This document shows positions 29,751 through 41,474 of a stretch of DNA of 64,000 nt, in pieces. A program made the translations under genes and the position numbers. The DNA is from Naegleria gruberi. Lineage: Eukaryota. The stretch lies in the NCBI GenBank assembly GCA_000004985.1, contig GG738900.1. One strand, written 5' to 3'. How positions within the stretch are numbered: the stretch's first letter is position 1; each line of letters opens with the position of its first letter. A model generated the notes under the pieces. The model saw only the letters and a program-made list of their open reading frames with translations, was not told the origin of the DNA and did not search any database.

Positions 29751-32009
29751 TTAACTGCCATATCGAATAAGGCCAACTAGTGAAGGGCCTTGTTCTGGCT
29801 TGTGCTCATCCCGTACTTCAAATCCATGTTTTTTGAGAAAATCAACCACAGAGGAGTAACCTTCATCCTTGTAAACAAAAGTATAAATTGGAAGAGAAGC
29901 CTCATCAGACGATTTGATTATTGGCATGAGCACTTCATTGCCAAGTCCTTTCTTTCTCAATTTAGGTTTAACAGCAAGTGCCAATAGTGTCCAGTGAGGT
30001 TTATGAGGCGAGGAAATGAGAGAGTTGTGATATTCTTCCATACTCTCAGCACATTTGATACATCTGTACATGGATTTAAGTTTTCTTAATAATAGGTACG
30101 TTAATGAAATTGAAGCTTATGGGATTACTTACAGACTCTTGGGTGATTTTAAAATTCCAAGCTTTAACATTCTCCATAAACCAATACCTTTCGTATTGTA
30201 GGGATCTTGCCATATAGAAATAGCTTGAATTTCCTTGTCCTGATTGGCGAGTGAGTAGTGAATATTGACATATACTCTGCCATATTTGATTCCATATTTT
30301 AGTAATAGAGTACAGAGAAATAAGAGAGCATCTTCTGCAATCTCACTTATTGATTCCACATTAAAAATATGCTTTAAAAGAGAATTCCAATTCAGAAAGG
30401 GTGAATTATTAGTAGTGGGAATGATCAATGCTGGTGAATCCTCAGCAGTAGATGTGCTTGTGGATTTTGAGCTTCCAGTACCAGTACTGTTAGTCAATTT
30501 GGCTTCAATGAATAGCTTCTGGAGTGGATTGTTATCAGAATGTTTGACAACATTAACCAAAAATTTGGCAGCCTCCTCAATTTGACCAGGATGAATCTCT
30601 GAAACTACATTTTTACCTCGCTTATTTCTATCTCTTCTTGTTCGTGGTTTGTGAATTTTTACATAATTATAGACCTGAGTTTTGAATATGTTATTGTCGA
30701 ACAATCCATTTCCAATCTTGGCAATGTCTGATGATGCACGCGATTTGGTACTGTTACTCCTAGATTTTCTTGATTTTGTGCCTGCTGCGTTTGAGTTGGT
30801 TATTTCCTTTCCAATACTTGTTGATGTAACAAAGTTTTTAAACCATTCCTCTTCCCAAATCTTGAAAAATTCCTTGCAACACAATGCAACATGATACATA
30901 TCTTCCAATGAGAGGAAGGCAAATACATTTAACTTTAAAGAAGTTGGATTGAGAGTATTGAAACTTTGTAATGAGAGTTTGATATTATCTTCCCTAAAGT
31001 TTTCCATGATTCGATCCAAAATTTTAATCGTTTTTGCAGCACTAGGTCTGTCCCTTGGTTGATAGCTCAGTAATAGTTTGGTCAAATTGAATAAACCCCT
31101 AGAATATCCCATAGTATCGACACAGTAATGTTCAATCTCATTGAAAAAGTTTGGATTTTTCTGCAATTCCATTGACACCATCATTTGTTTTCCTTCAGCC
31201 ATCATTTGAAGAAGAATCCTATCCAAGTTTATGATTAATATTGAAGATGAATAGACAACCTACACTCCAAATGAATACATATCCGTTGACTGATCATAAA
31301 ATTCCTTGTTTAACATTTCATAGCTCATAAAATCTATTGTTCCACACTGGGTTTTAGCCATTGATAGTGTATCCAAAACTCTACTAATTCCAAAATCTCC
31401 AATCTTTAAAACTCCTGATGCGTCTATTAGAATATTTTGTGGTTTTCTAGAATTAAATTTAAAAGAATAAAAAAATTAATTTTAAATTAATTCGAAACTT
31501 ACAAATCTCGATCTATAAAAAGTATAATAAATTCCAATAATAATAGTAATAGAAATACATACGTATTATATTATTTTCATGCAAATAATTCAATCCTTCA
31601 GCAATTTGAATTGCATAATTTACTATATCCTTTTCCTTCATCTTTCTCTCCTTTTTACAAGTTGTAGTAATGAGCTTTTGCAAATCTCCTCCAGGACAAT
31701 ATTCAATACACAAACAGACATATAAAGTCTCTGCCTTTTTACTGTATTGATGAAGAAAGGCTCCCAAATACTTTATCACATTTCTATGAGAAAGATTCCG
31801 AAGTTTTTGAGCTTCATTCAAATGAATATTGGCCTCATCCAATGAAGACCATTCCATTCTCTTGATTGCTATTTGTTCTTCTGTTTTCTTGTGTTCAGCC
31901 AAAACGACTTGTCTAACATAAGTTATGATGATTAGCCATTTGATATTAATAAAACAACTTACCCTTCCGAACCTCTCCCTAAAATCTTTATAACGTAGTA
32001 CTGTTCCAT
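29751..32009 (-). CDS. NEK-like Ser/Thr protein kinase fused to F-box-like and GNAT acetyltransferase domains, 6 exons including a 10-nt microexon (~669 aa)
   Basis: Exons (minus strand) 31963..32009, 31563..31912, 31503..31512, 31264..31446, 30133..31218 and 29751..30084. Introns of 50, 50, 56, 45 and 48 nt, with donors GTAAGT, GTATGT, GTAAGT, GTAGGT and GTAAGT. The spliced product reads MEQYYVIKILGRGSEG|QVVLAEHKKTEEQIAIKR…YLHENNII|HRDL|KPQNILIDASGVLKIGDFGISRV…CGTIDFMSYEM…DMYSFGV|ILLQMM…SYQPRDRPSA…. An F-box-like stretch follows (NVFAFLSLEDMYHVALCCKEFFKIWEEEW), then a GNAT fold (…WTLLALAVKPKLRKKGLGNEVL…IYTFVYKD…). The last intron overlaps the TAA at the end of the ORF at 30129 and continues in frame into the ORF at 29751..30071. 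Confidence 0.7.
31503..31512 (-). other. 10-nt microexon (ATCGAGATTT) of the kinase gene, supplying H-R-D of the HRDLKPQN catalytic loop
   Basis: Lies between the GTATGT…TATAG intron (31513..31562) and the GTAAGT…TCTAG intron (31447..31502). Phases 1 to 2 are consistent with the flanking exons. Without it the HRDLKP motif and the downstream frame are lost. Confidence 0.7.
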
Positions 32010-32872
32010 TGCATAATAATAATAATATCAGACACTTGAAATCGATTGCAAAATATGTGGACCGTTTACTTGGTCGTTTTGTGATTCAAGCAAGCACTTG
32101 GTTTATTCGTACAGTTTTGATGATCTTGGGTAGTTGTTGTGTGATGACAATTTTTCTGGTTGAAAAGAAACGCCGACAAGATATTAATGATTCAAGCAAT
32201 AAGACAGACTATTTCACAGCTATTGGTACTATTAATCGGGCCATCTTCTTTTGCTTGGTTTGTGATTGAGAATACTTTTTAAAACAAGTATCGGTATTTC
32301 TATCTTCTTTTTAACCATTGAGAGGAAGTCAAAGGACAAGTAACTTGATTTTGTATTTCTTCATGATGCTGATGATTAGAGAATTGGCTCTTTATATTGA
32401 AAAACTTTTGGAGGAGGGTTGGTGAATTTGATGAGGATGATACTAGTTTTACAGCATTATGATGAGAGAACAATGTTGGAAATGTCTTCTCGGATAGCAA
32501 CAAACTGTCATCATTAGTTGATGAAAACAAGCCTTCAAAGAAAGGTCAGAATGTTATTGACATGAATACATACCGGTATGTAGATAATGGATGGCGTTGT
32601 TCAGATTAGAGTTATTGTGATACATTGTCGTTATTCTGTTGCTTTTTCTTTTAATTGAAACTTTAAATAGATGGTTTATAAAGATGTCCAAATGGAGAAT
32701 GAGATGATAAATAAGGTGAAAAGTAAAGCCAGCTTTAAATATTGTCAAAACTAGCAAAGAAAAATATTTGTGAACGTTGCTGCAATAGATTTAAATGAAT
32801 TATGAAAATAATGGAAAATGAAATGTGTTGAAATCCAACTAAAATTAAGATAATTTTTATCCCCATTGTGAA

Positions 32873-32946
32873 GCCTTCCTAGCTCAGTTGGCAGTAGCGC
32901 TGTCCTAGTAAGACAGAGGTCTTGGGTTCGATTCCCAAGGGAGGCA
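32873..32946 (+). tRNA. tRNA-Thr (anticodon AGT)
   Basis: 74 nt: GCCTTCC TA GCTC AGTTGGCAG TAGC G CTGTC CTAGTAA GACAG AGGTC TTGGG TTCGATT CCCAA GGGAGGC A. It folds as a cloverleaf with a 7-bp acceptor stem including one G-U pair, a 5-bp anticodon stem, U33, anticodon A34-G35-U36 and a TTCGATT T-loop. No intron. Confidence 0.9.
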
Positions 32947-33269
32947 AATTTTAATGTTAAATTAATTCATTCCAATTCAGCAACCTTTCTACTTTTTTTG
33001 TGCAGAATATCTCTTTTCAGCCACCCTTTCCAAATAAATATCTTGCTATCTGTTCTCAAGTAAATCCGTACTGCTGTCAACACAAATACACTTTTTCAAT
33101 TAATTAAAAAATAACTTTCATCAACCTCTGAATTTTTCTTCAAAAACGCAAACCTTTGAGTCTCAATAATACAGTTAATTGGGTGTGGCAATATTTCATC
33201 AACACTACCTTGGTGCATTCCTGTGATTCTCTTGTGAGAGTAGATTGAGAAAGTCTCACACAACAATTA

Positions 33270-35827
33270 ATGATGAACAACAATAACAAGGAAGGAGTTT
33301 CAACCTCTTCCTCACCGACTCACCAACCAACAACTACACCACCTCCTCCTCATAAAACCTTTTCAATGCCTCATATACCCTCCCTCTCCCTTCAGAAACT
33401 CTCCAATTCATCTTCATCAATATCCACTCAAGATGCTCCACCATCAACAACAACATCTTCATCCTCTTCCTCTCGAGGTCAAACCACACCAAGAACACTC
33501 TTTGAAAGTTTTAAGAGGAAACTTTCACGAGGTTTTCTAAGTCCACGTTCTTCCTCTCCTCCAACAACAAACAATCATAATAATAATTCGTCATCATCAA
33601 CATCAGCATCTCTATCATCATCTTCAAATAGTTTTGAACAACAAGCACAGACGAAACGAGCCACTTCATTCATGGTCGTGGAGGATGATCCAACTCTATT
33701 GAGTGTTCAACAACATACGACAACTGCCAACACCATGACAGATTATACACTCTCTCCACCTACTTCACCTCTTAATGGCATGCCAAATCATCACCACCAG
33801 AATCATCATAATCTTGGAGTTACGAGTCCAACCACTACAACAACGTCTTCCTTGTCGCCCTCTTCTCGAACAAGCTCATTCTCCTCAGTTTATTCTCTAT
33901 ATAATGGTTCGTCTTTGAATATGGGAAACTATTCGAATGGTGCCAATAATAACAATAGCAACCATACAACAATAATTACTCAGCAGAATTCATTCACGAC
34001 TACTACTCCAACAACACCATCCTCTCCAGGAACTAATAGCTCATCTTCTTCACTTTCTGGAAGTAATAAGAAGGCAAAGAAGAGAGGATCCTTTCTTTCA
34101 ATGATTACGAATGTAAAGGCTACAAGTGGTGGAAGTGTTGGAGGAGGTAGCTCACAACAGCCCAAATCTCAACCTCCCATTGATTCATTATTTGATGAGA
34201 CGAGAGCTGAATTGGAAGCTTCACCTAGAGTTGCAAATTCAAAGAAAAAGAAATCACTTTCGAATAGTTTTTCGAATTATGAAGAGGATTTATCAATCAA
34301 AACCAATAATTTGTTCAATAGGAGTAGAAACAGATCCAAGTCAGCTTCCAATCAATTGGATGTACCAAAAATTTCTTTATTCAATACAATTTCATCCAGT
34401 CCAAGTGCCAGTAATTCCCTTCTCACACCAAATGGTTCAGTTTTGAGTGATAATGGGTCACCATTTTCTGGACTCAATCCAGAATCACCCAAATCTGCAA
34501 CCTCACCACGAGTTTCATTTCAAAGATTGACTTTGGGAAGCGGAATTGACGATGCTCCTGAATATCTAGATACAACTGATGATGAATTTAGACAATTAAT
34601 GGATTCAGAAAATGGAAGAGAAATTTTCTTTGCATTCATCCAGAAACATTCTCATTCTGAACAAATTGAATTTCTACAAGAAACCATTCGTCTCTATCAG
34701 GTAAGTTTCATCGATATTTGAGTGATATTAATATCTATCTATTCGAATGATTTATTTTCTTGAAATTTATTGAATATGTTAATTGAACTATTTAATTTTT
34801 ATGCAAATATATATAGGATAATGCCTCCGTTCTTCCAAAATGTACATCACCAAGCTCCAATGCTCATATCCATGAAAATACACCATTCTCTGTCTCATTG
34901 CCTGATAATGGAGACAATCAATTGGGTAGATGTTTATCTCCTCCTTCAAGTAGCAGTTTTATTGGTAGCTCATCATTGTACGATTCTACTTTTGAAAGTC
35001 AATCATCAGTGCCTCATTTCTCCTCTTCCATCTCCTCGATTGGTACTCTCAAAAAGGTGATTTCCAAGAACAAACTCTCCAAACAATCGTCCACTATTGA
35101 GGATAAGTCCCTCATTTCAACCTCTGAAATTTTAATGAGATACAAACAACAAAAATTGCAAACAATTCAACAATCAATCATTTCACAACCATCCCAACAA
35201 CCTCATGTATTTTTCGGATTTAATTTGTATCATATTGACAATCTTGTAAATAAGTTCATTCTCGAACATTCACCCAAAGAATTGAATTTGAGCAAGAGAC
35301 AACGACAAAAAGTTTTGGATCTTTTCGAAAAGCTAAAGAATGAAAAACTAGAATTTTTAAATAGAGAAGTTTATGTAGAAGGTGCAGGAGTTAAAAAAAT
35401 TCCCTATACATTATATACTGACATTCTAGTGACCGAGGAAGAATTTGTTGAAATTTTTAGAGAGATTATCAGTGTTATTAATTTACAATTGAAATTGGAA
35501 TGTTTCAGAGAATTTAGACGATCTAAAGAATATCTAGATGTAATCTTGTGCAATATGGGAGATGTCATTGGTGTGGCCAGTGTAGTTGGTAGCATGAGTC
35601 AGGATAAATTAGAAGCTCTGGTCTCTCCTCGAAGACACATTCTTAATCGTCTAGGAAAATCACGTCGATTATCAGAAGCAGATCTAGGAAAATCTGAATT
35701 CTCTCCCTATCCATTCGGCGAACGTGGTCAATCCAATATCAAAACTCCTAGAACCATGATGAGAAATATGAAAAATCCTCTAGAGCTCTTCCAGTTATTT
35801 GCCAACATTCATCCTCACCACAGATAA
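33270..35827 (+). CDS. RGS-domain protein with long S/T/N/Q-rich low-complexity regions, 2 exons
   Basis: Exons 33270..34700 and 34817..35827. The 116-nt intron runs GTAAGT…ATATAG and the join is in frame (…ETIRLYQ|DNASVLPK…). The first RGS half is FRQLMDSENGREIFFAFIQKHSHSEQIEFLQETIRLYQ. The second half follows about 150 aa later (…VFFGFNLYHIDNLVNKFILEHSPKEL…EEFVEIFREIISVINLQLKLECFREFRRSKEY). The N-terminal ~400 aa are poly-S/T/N/P. Confidence 0.75.
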
Positions 35828-35938
35828 CAACAGCACAACTTCTTTATCATGTGAGCAAGTTTTCTCCAATAAACAGAATAGCTTTCATTTACATCATTAA
35901 GACCACAAAGCCGTTTCACAAATCATCTGTTAAAAAAA

Positions 35939-37104
35939 ATGTCGGCAAATAAACTAACACGAAATCCTCTCAGCTGTGCAATGGTGTTGATAATTTGCAT
36001 CCACATGCTCAGTCAGGTAATGATGATGGTAGAATGTGGACAAACCACCATTAAATATGCCTCCTTTAATATTCAAGTATTCGGACAAACAAAACTTCAA
36101 AAAACCGATGTTGTGGATGTTCTGATGAGAATTGTTTCACAATATGATTTGATATTTGTGATGGAGGTGAGAGATAGTTCCAATACCACCATTCAAAGTT
36201 TTACATCACAATTAAATAATTATGTGAAAAATTATAGATATGATTTTCAATTGAGTGAAAGATTGGGAAGAACATCGAGTAAGGAACAATATGCATTCTT
36301 ATATAATCCAGAGAAGGTGAAATTTGTCAAGACATTGCAATATATTGATACAAATGATTGGTTTGAGAGACCACCTTATACGTAAGTGTATTGATTTTGG
36401 ACTTGTGTGTTTATTGAGTCGACGAATGTGGTCTGTTATATCAATATTAATAATTTGGAAATGATTCAATTTATTTGAAATTGGAATGAAATTTAATATA
36501 TAGATTTGTGTTCCAATCAGCAGTTGTTTCAAACTCTCCTCAATTTGCAATTACAGGATGCCATATTAAGCCAGAAGCTGCTGTTGATGAAATGTCTAAA
36601 TTGGTCAATGTTACTGATTCATATTCGAGTGAAACATTTTATCCTAATGTTATTCTTTCAGGCGATTTCAATGCAGGTTGCTCATATGTTTCCAATTCTC
36701 AATGGTCACAAGTAGCTCTCAGAACTGACACCAGATTTTCATGGCTCATATCAGATCAAGCGGATACAACTGTTGCTGTTTCCTCATGTCCATATGATCG
36801 TTTTGTTATTTTCCAAAATGCTGCCAAGAGAAATATTACTACTGGAGACGGTTTTGAATATTCCAATGTTGGCATTTTCAGATTTGATAGTGAGTATGGT
36901 TTTAACACAACCTATGCCGCCACTGTAAGTGATCACTATCCAATTTACATGTCGATCAATGTGAAAACTCCAACTCCTACCACTAGCTCATCAGTAATTA
37001 TTCCAAAGAATAGTACTATTGTTCTTTCTCAAGCCAATTCGCAACTTTCTGCGTACATTGGATATTTGATCATGTTCATTTGTCTTTGTTTTGTTCAAAT
37101 GTAA
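35939..37104 (+). CDS. DNASE1: Deoxyribonuclease I family nuclease with N-terminal signal peptide and C-terminal hydrophobic tail, 2 exons
   Basis: Exons 35939..36381 and 36504..37104. The 122-nt intron runs GTAAGT…TATATAG and splits a Thr codon in phase 2. Exon 1 versus human DNase I: ASFNIQVFGQTKLQKTDVVDVLMRIVSQYDLIFVMEVRD (IAAFNIQTFGETKMSN…DIALVQEVRD) and SKEQYAFLYNPEKV (YKERYLFVYRPDQV). Exon 2: [54 protein letters not shown] ([52 protein letters not shown]) and VSDHYPIYM (ISDHYPVEV). The C-terminal SAYIGYLIMFICLCFVQM is hydrophobic, possibly a GPI or TM anchor. Confidence 0.85.
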
Positions 37105-38093
37105 TTAAATTCAAATGATATTCGTTAACTAGGGAAAAACTGTGGAAAAATATTTTGTAACACCTTATAACTTCACATGTTCCATGGTATTCTATGGTAT
37201 TCAATGTTGAAATCAAACTGAAATTCTTAATTTGTTGGTCTTTTCAATTGGAATTTGAACTTCCTTAAATTCTAGAACCTTAAGCAACTTGGATTTCAAA
37301 AACGTTCAAACTCGATTTAGAATTCAATCCAACAATGACTATGAAAAAATTGCCTCTTGAACAAAATTCCATCAAACACCAAACCTTTATAAATAAAAAC
37401 AACTACAATTCAACAACCTTAACGTACCGATTGTTGACAAAGTTTCTCTCTAATTTGCTTTCAATTACCGTTGAAATACGTTCGATTTTAGAATGGTATT
37501 GTCGACTTTTTAATGTATAGCGGACAATACATCAATTTTGGTGTTTTATACAAAAGTGATGAGATACAAGTGCACAAAGAATCTTCAAGCCTATTGTTAG
37601 CGTCGCCGTTTTGCCTGAGGTCTGCTGATTTTTTGCGCTTCACTCATAAATTCAAGTCTGCTCTTCGTCATGATGGAAACCAAGTATAAAAAATTAATAA
37701 ACGTTCCTCACGGTTCTGTAGGATCGATTACCTTGCTTTAAACTTCCTCACTCTAGGTGTGTGTTGTTGAGCTCAACGCTGCATTTGTTGTTTGTTTGGT
37801 TGCTGAAATTTCTCTCCTTTTTTTGCTCTTTGTAAGGCTGCATTATACAATTCCCATATATCATTCACATCTCTCTCTAGTAATTATTACTACTATTCAA
37901 TTACACGAAACAACATCATATTTAATACGATAACATACACAATATTCAATCATCAACAACAACACAATTGAAACAACAATTCATTACCCATTTTTCTAAA
38001 ATCAAGTCATTACTCATCAACTAGGATTTTGCATAATATTATCACAAAATATCTTAGACCACACAATTAATTGAAAAAATCATCAACATTGAA

Positions 38094-39617
38094 ATGTCTT
38101 CCTCACTTACTATTGAAGTTGTAGAAGAAGGTACATCCGATTTGGATTTTCTAACAATGACACCATCAAATTTTGATTTTACAAGTGACAGTTTACCTTC
38201 CTTCTCCAATTGTATTGATTTTTGTCCCAATCCATCCCTTTTACCACCAATTATCAACACTTTCCGTCAAGAAACTACTGACAATCCTCCCACCAATGCA
38301 GCTTATTTCCCCAATCTTTCCTCCGAATTACTTACAAAACAGCAACCAAAGCGTAGAGTTACCAACAACCAAAGTTTTGATAGAAGAACAATTGACTTGC
38401 ATCCTACAAAAAATCTATCCTCACTTTCTCACAAAAAATCCGAATCCATTGGAGTTTCAAATTCCGTTCCTCAATTTTCCCCTCCGACAGAAGGTGTGAA
38501 TTCTGTAAAGATCCCAACAAGTGGTACCACAACTCAACCACAACGTTCAAAGCTTAGAAGACTTAGAAAGCCAATGAACAATACCAAAAAGTCATCAAGT
38601 CCTACCTCACTTCCAGCTCAGACTTCAAATCTTTCTATCGATACCAATACTGGTTTTGATTATTCACAAAGATTGAAGACTCCTAGTAGCTCTAGTGTGA
38701 ATAGTGAAACTTATCCATTATTCCCTGAAAACTCTAACACTTCTCAAGTTGACCAATCCATTGACGAAGATGATGTCTTCTTGAAGGAGGAAGAAATCAC
38801 TGAATATTGTAGTGATAGAGTTAACTATTCTGCTAGTGCTTTTGACTCTTATCAACTTGAAGATATGGATTCTCAAGATATGTTTGATAGTTTCACACCA
38901 ATTATCTTGCATTCTGAAGATCCATTCATGGATGATGAAGAAGTCACCAATGCCTTCTTGTATTCACAACCTCAACATAATATGGATACTTTGAATGGTA
39001 TTGTTATTCCATCTCCTCTATTGATGACTCAACCAAACAATCCCTCTTCCTTATTGCCTCACTACATTCCACCAATCCAAGATAAGAGCATTGCTGACAA
39101 GTCTAAAAAATCCCTTAGAAGACCTTCTAAAAACAAATCATCTCAAAAACCAATTTTACCTTCCAATTTGAGAAATGAAGTTTTTCCTTCCTTGATTAGG
39201 GTTGAATCAAAAGAGACAGTACAATCTACTGCCTCCGATTTAAGTGAAAGTTCTTCACAAACTTCTATTCCATCTAGAAGCAAATCTCAAGCTATCCACC
39301 ACTCAAATAGTGGTGTTTCAAATGTTCAAACCCACTCAAAACCTAAGCAACCAGACAATCCTAACAAACAAATTACCTTTTGTGACAGTGGATATGAATT
39401 GCCAGCAACCAAAAAATCAACACCTACTCCTCAAATTCAGTTCGTTTCAAACACCCCAAAGGCTCCACAAGGTATTTCCAAACCATGTAAGATGTCTACA
39501 TCTAGTGGTTGGAAGTTCCACAACTTTGACAGAGAGAAGCAACCAATTAGAGATTCTAGTGGTTTGACCTATCACTTTTATCAACCAAAGTCAAAAATTG
39601 CTGCTACAACTCAATAA
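38094..39617 (+). CDS. Hypothetical S/T/P/N-rich disordered protein, 507 aa
   Basis: ATG at 38094 and a long ORF. Low complexity throughout; no domain recognised. Confidence 0.55.
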   Translation: MSSSLTIEVVEEGTSDLDFLTMTPSNFDFTSDSLPSFSNCIDFCPNPSLLPPIINTFRQETTDNPPTNAAYFPNLSSELLTKQQPKRRVTNNQSFDRRTIDLHPTKNLSSLSHKKSESIGVSNSVPQFSPPTEGVNSVKIPTSGTTTQPQRSKLRRLRKPMNNTKKSSSPTSLPAQTSNLSIDTNTGFDYSQRLKTPSSSSVNSETYPLFPENSNTSQVDQSIDEDDVFLKEEEITEYCSDRVNYSASAFDSYQLEDMDSQDMFDSFTPIILHSEDPFMDDEEVTNAFLYSQPQHNMDTLNGIVIPSPLLMTQPNNPSSLLPHYIPPIQDKSIADKSKKSLRRPSKNKSSQKPILPSNLRNEVFPSLIRVESKETVQSTASDLSESSSQTSIPSRSKSQAIHHSNSGVSNVQTHSKPKQPDNPNKQITFCDSGYELPATKKSTPTPQIQFVSNTPKAPQGISKPCKMSTSSGWKFHNFDREKQPIRDSSGLTYHFYQPKSKIAATTQ

Positions 39618-39655
39618 AGCATTTTTGAAAGTTAATTTATTTTTCATTTCACACT

Positions 39656-40756
39656 CTACCTTACAATCACATCTGGATCGACATGAGGTTTTTTTCTCGT
39701 TTTGGCAAAACTGGAAATCTCCACAAGACCATTGTATGGTTTCTTAGTATTTCCATGGAAGAAGGGCTTTTTGGCTGTTGGTGTATGAGTTGTTGGATTG
39801 TATCGTTTTGAATAGGAATGAGGAGAAATGTTTTGAACACCATGCACTTTTGAAAATATGAAACCACTGAGAGCTGTACATGATATTGTGGGTGTAGTAT
39901 TGGGTTTACCTTGAGGCATGTGATGGTAATGTTCTCGTTCAAGTGTTGTGTTTAAAATTGCACTGTTAATCGTCCTTTGATGATTGTCATGAGCTAGTGA
40001 AAGGGTATTATTATGTTTGTCAAAGACAATATCTTTCTTTTGATGAATGTTGGGTAATCTTGTTTGGGGGTGATGTATTGGAGATGACAAAACTTGTGAG
40101 TTGGCAACAGAACTCACAATGCTATTATTTACAGATCTAATGTTGGCCTTTTCAATTTCTAGAGAATTATTCAATGTCTCTAAATTATTTCTATCATTTC
40201 GAATATCCATGGATTGGAGATGGGCCTCATATTTGGGTGGCCTTATTTGACTTGATTTGTTGCTCGAGTTTAAAGGTGTGGGTGATACAGACCTGTAATG
40301 CTGATCGAATGCTTCCTTATTTTCGATTTGATAAAAACTCATTGAAGGCATTACAATATCATAGGTAATCTTCTTAACAGATGGATCCTGCTGACTCTGA
40401 ACAATATTCGAAATGGCTTCCCTTTTAGAAGGAGAAAACACATTTCCAGTATTGATTCTGACTACTTGAGAGCTTGACACTGAACTATCACCAGGAAAGT
40501 AAGAAGAAGACGTATCGAGGGAATTTCTGGGAGAGTCTTGATTATTTCCATATTGTTGCTGTTGTTGTTGTTGAATTAGAGCTCTTCTTGATATTGTCTC
40601 TTTCTGAGGAGGAGCAATATCGATAGAAGAACCCTCAAGACTTAAACTTCCTCTCTTCTTTTCAACTACAACAGGGGCATGGAATTGAACATCTTCTAGA
40701 ACCATTCCTCCATTATTTGTCAGTGAAGTATTGAAGGTAATTCTGGCTTCATCCAC
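39656..40756 (-). CDS. Hypothetical Q/S/N-rich protein, 366 aa; 5' end uncertain
   Basis: The tracked start is GTG at 40756. The frame stays open upstream to a TGA near 40800 without any ATG. The ORF at 40843..41070 (Leu-rich) may be a 5' exon; a weak GTGTGA…TATGAG 44-nt intron would join it in frame. Confidence 0.5.
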   Translation of the reverse strand: MDEARITFNTSLTNNGGMVLEDVQFHAPVVVEKKRGSLSLEGSSIDIAPPQKETISRRALIQQQQQQQYGNNQDSPRNSLDTSSSYFPGDSSVSSSQVVRINTGNVFSPSKREAISNIVQSQQDPSVKKITYDIVMPSMSFYQIENKEAFDQHYRSVSPTPLNSSNKSSQIRPPKYEAHLQSMDIRNDRNNLETLNNSLEIEKANIRSVNNSIVSSVANSQVLSSPIHHPQTRLPNIHQKKDIVFDKHNNTLSLAHDNHQRTINSAILNTTLEREHYHHMPQGKPNTTPTISCTALSGFIFSKVHGVQNISPHSYSKRYNPTTHTPTAKKPFFHGNTKKPYNGLVEISSFAKTRKKPHVDPDVIVR

Positions 40757-41474
40757 TGGGTGATGTTTTTTCTTATTAGGAGGTTGATTAAGGATTGTTG
40801 TCCACTCATATTTGAAAAGATGATAAACTCAAAGCGCTTCCATCACACAATACATAAAGAATGTTCTTGCTGATAGTGAGGCACTTTTTTGCTGCTGCTT
40901 TTTAAAGCTGTTATTCTTGACTTGTATGGATGTTGATGTTGGTTCAACAATGTCTCTTGGGCTATTAATATGTTCAATAGTAATATTACTTCTTCTTGAT
41001 GATTCTCCTCTTCTAATAGGGAATGCAATGGGAGAATAAGGCTCTGACCTTCAGCGGAATGCTTTTTCAAAGAAGTAATAAGAGACTCACAGAGAGTGTT
41101 TTAATAAATGTGCTCCTTCTTCTAAGAGTTTGTGTCTCAATGAAATGGACCTCTCCTCTTTTTTTATTTAGATAAAATCGAATGCACACAACAGTGGAGA
41201 TAAATAAGCTACAACAGTTGAGTGGTGCTTATAATAACGAACCACAATGCAATGGAATGCAGCTGCTTTTATGTTCGCCTATTGAGAACTACATGTAAAT
41301 TGGGTTGAGTATTTTTAAATGGACAATTTAGAGGTATATTATTGGGATGAACTGTTTACTATTTAAGAGGTCTTTAACACTTTTATTGTAATAACTATTA
41401 AATACATAAATATATTTATTTCCAAATTTTCATTGTAAAAAACAAAAATCTTCTTCAAAACACAAGAAAAAAAA

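Noticed and set aside
32009-32269. 86-aa plus-strand ORF starting at the kinase gene's ATG position
   Set aside because: Starts within or antisense to exon 1 of the minus-strand kinase gene. Low-complexity product. Likely 5'-UTR or promoter DNA.
37440-37560. Possible U-snRNA (Sm-site-like AATTTTGG near 37530)
   Set aside because: No conserved snRNA 5' sequence (U1, U2, U4, U5, U6) or stem-loop architecture could be recognised around it. The motif alone is too common in AT-rich DNA.
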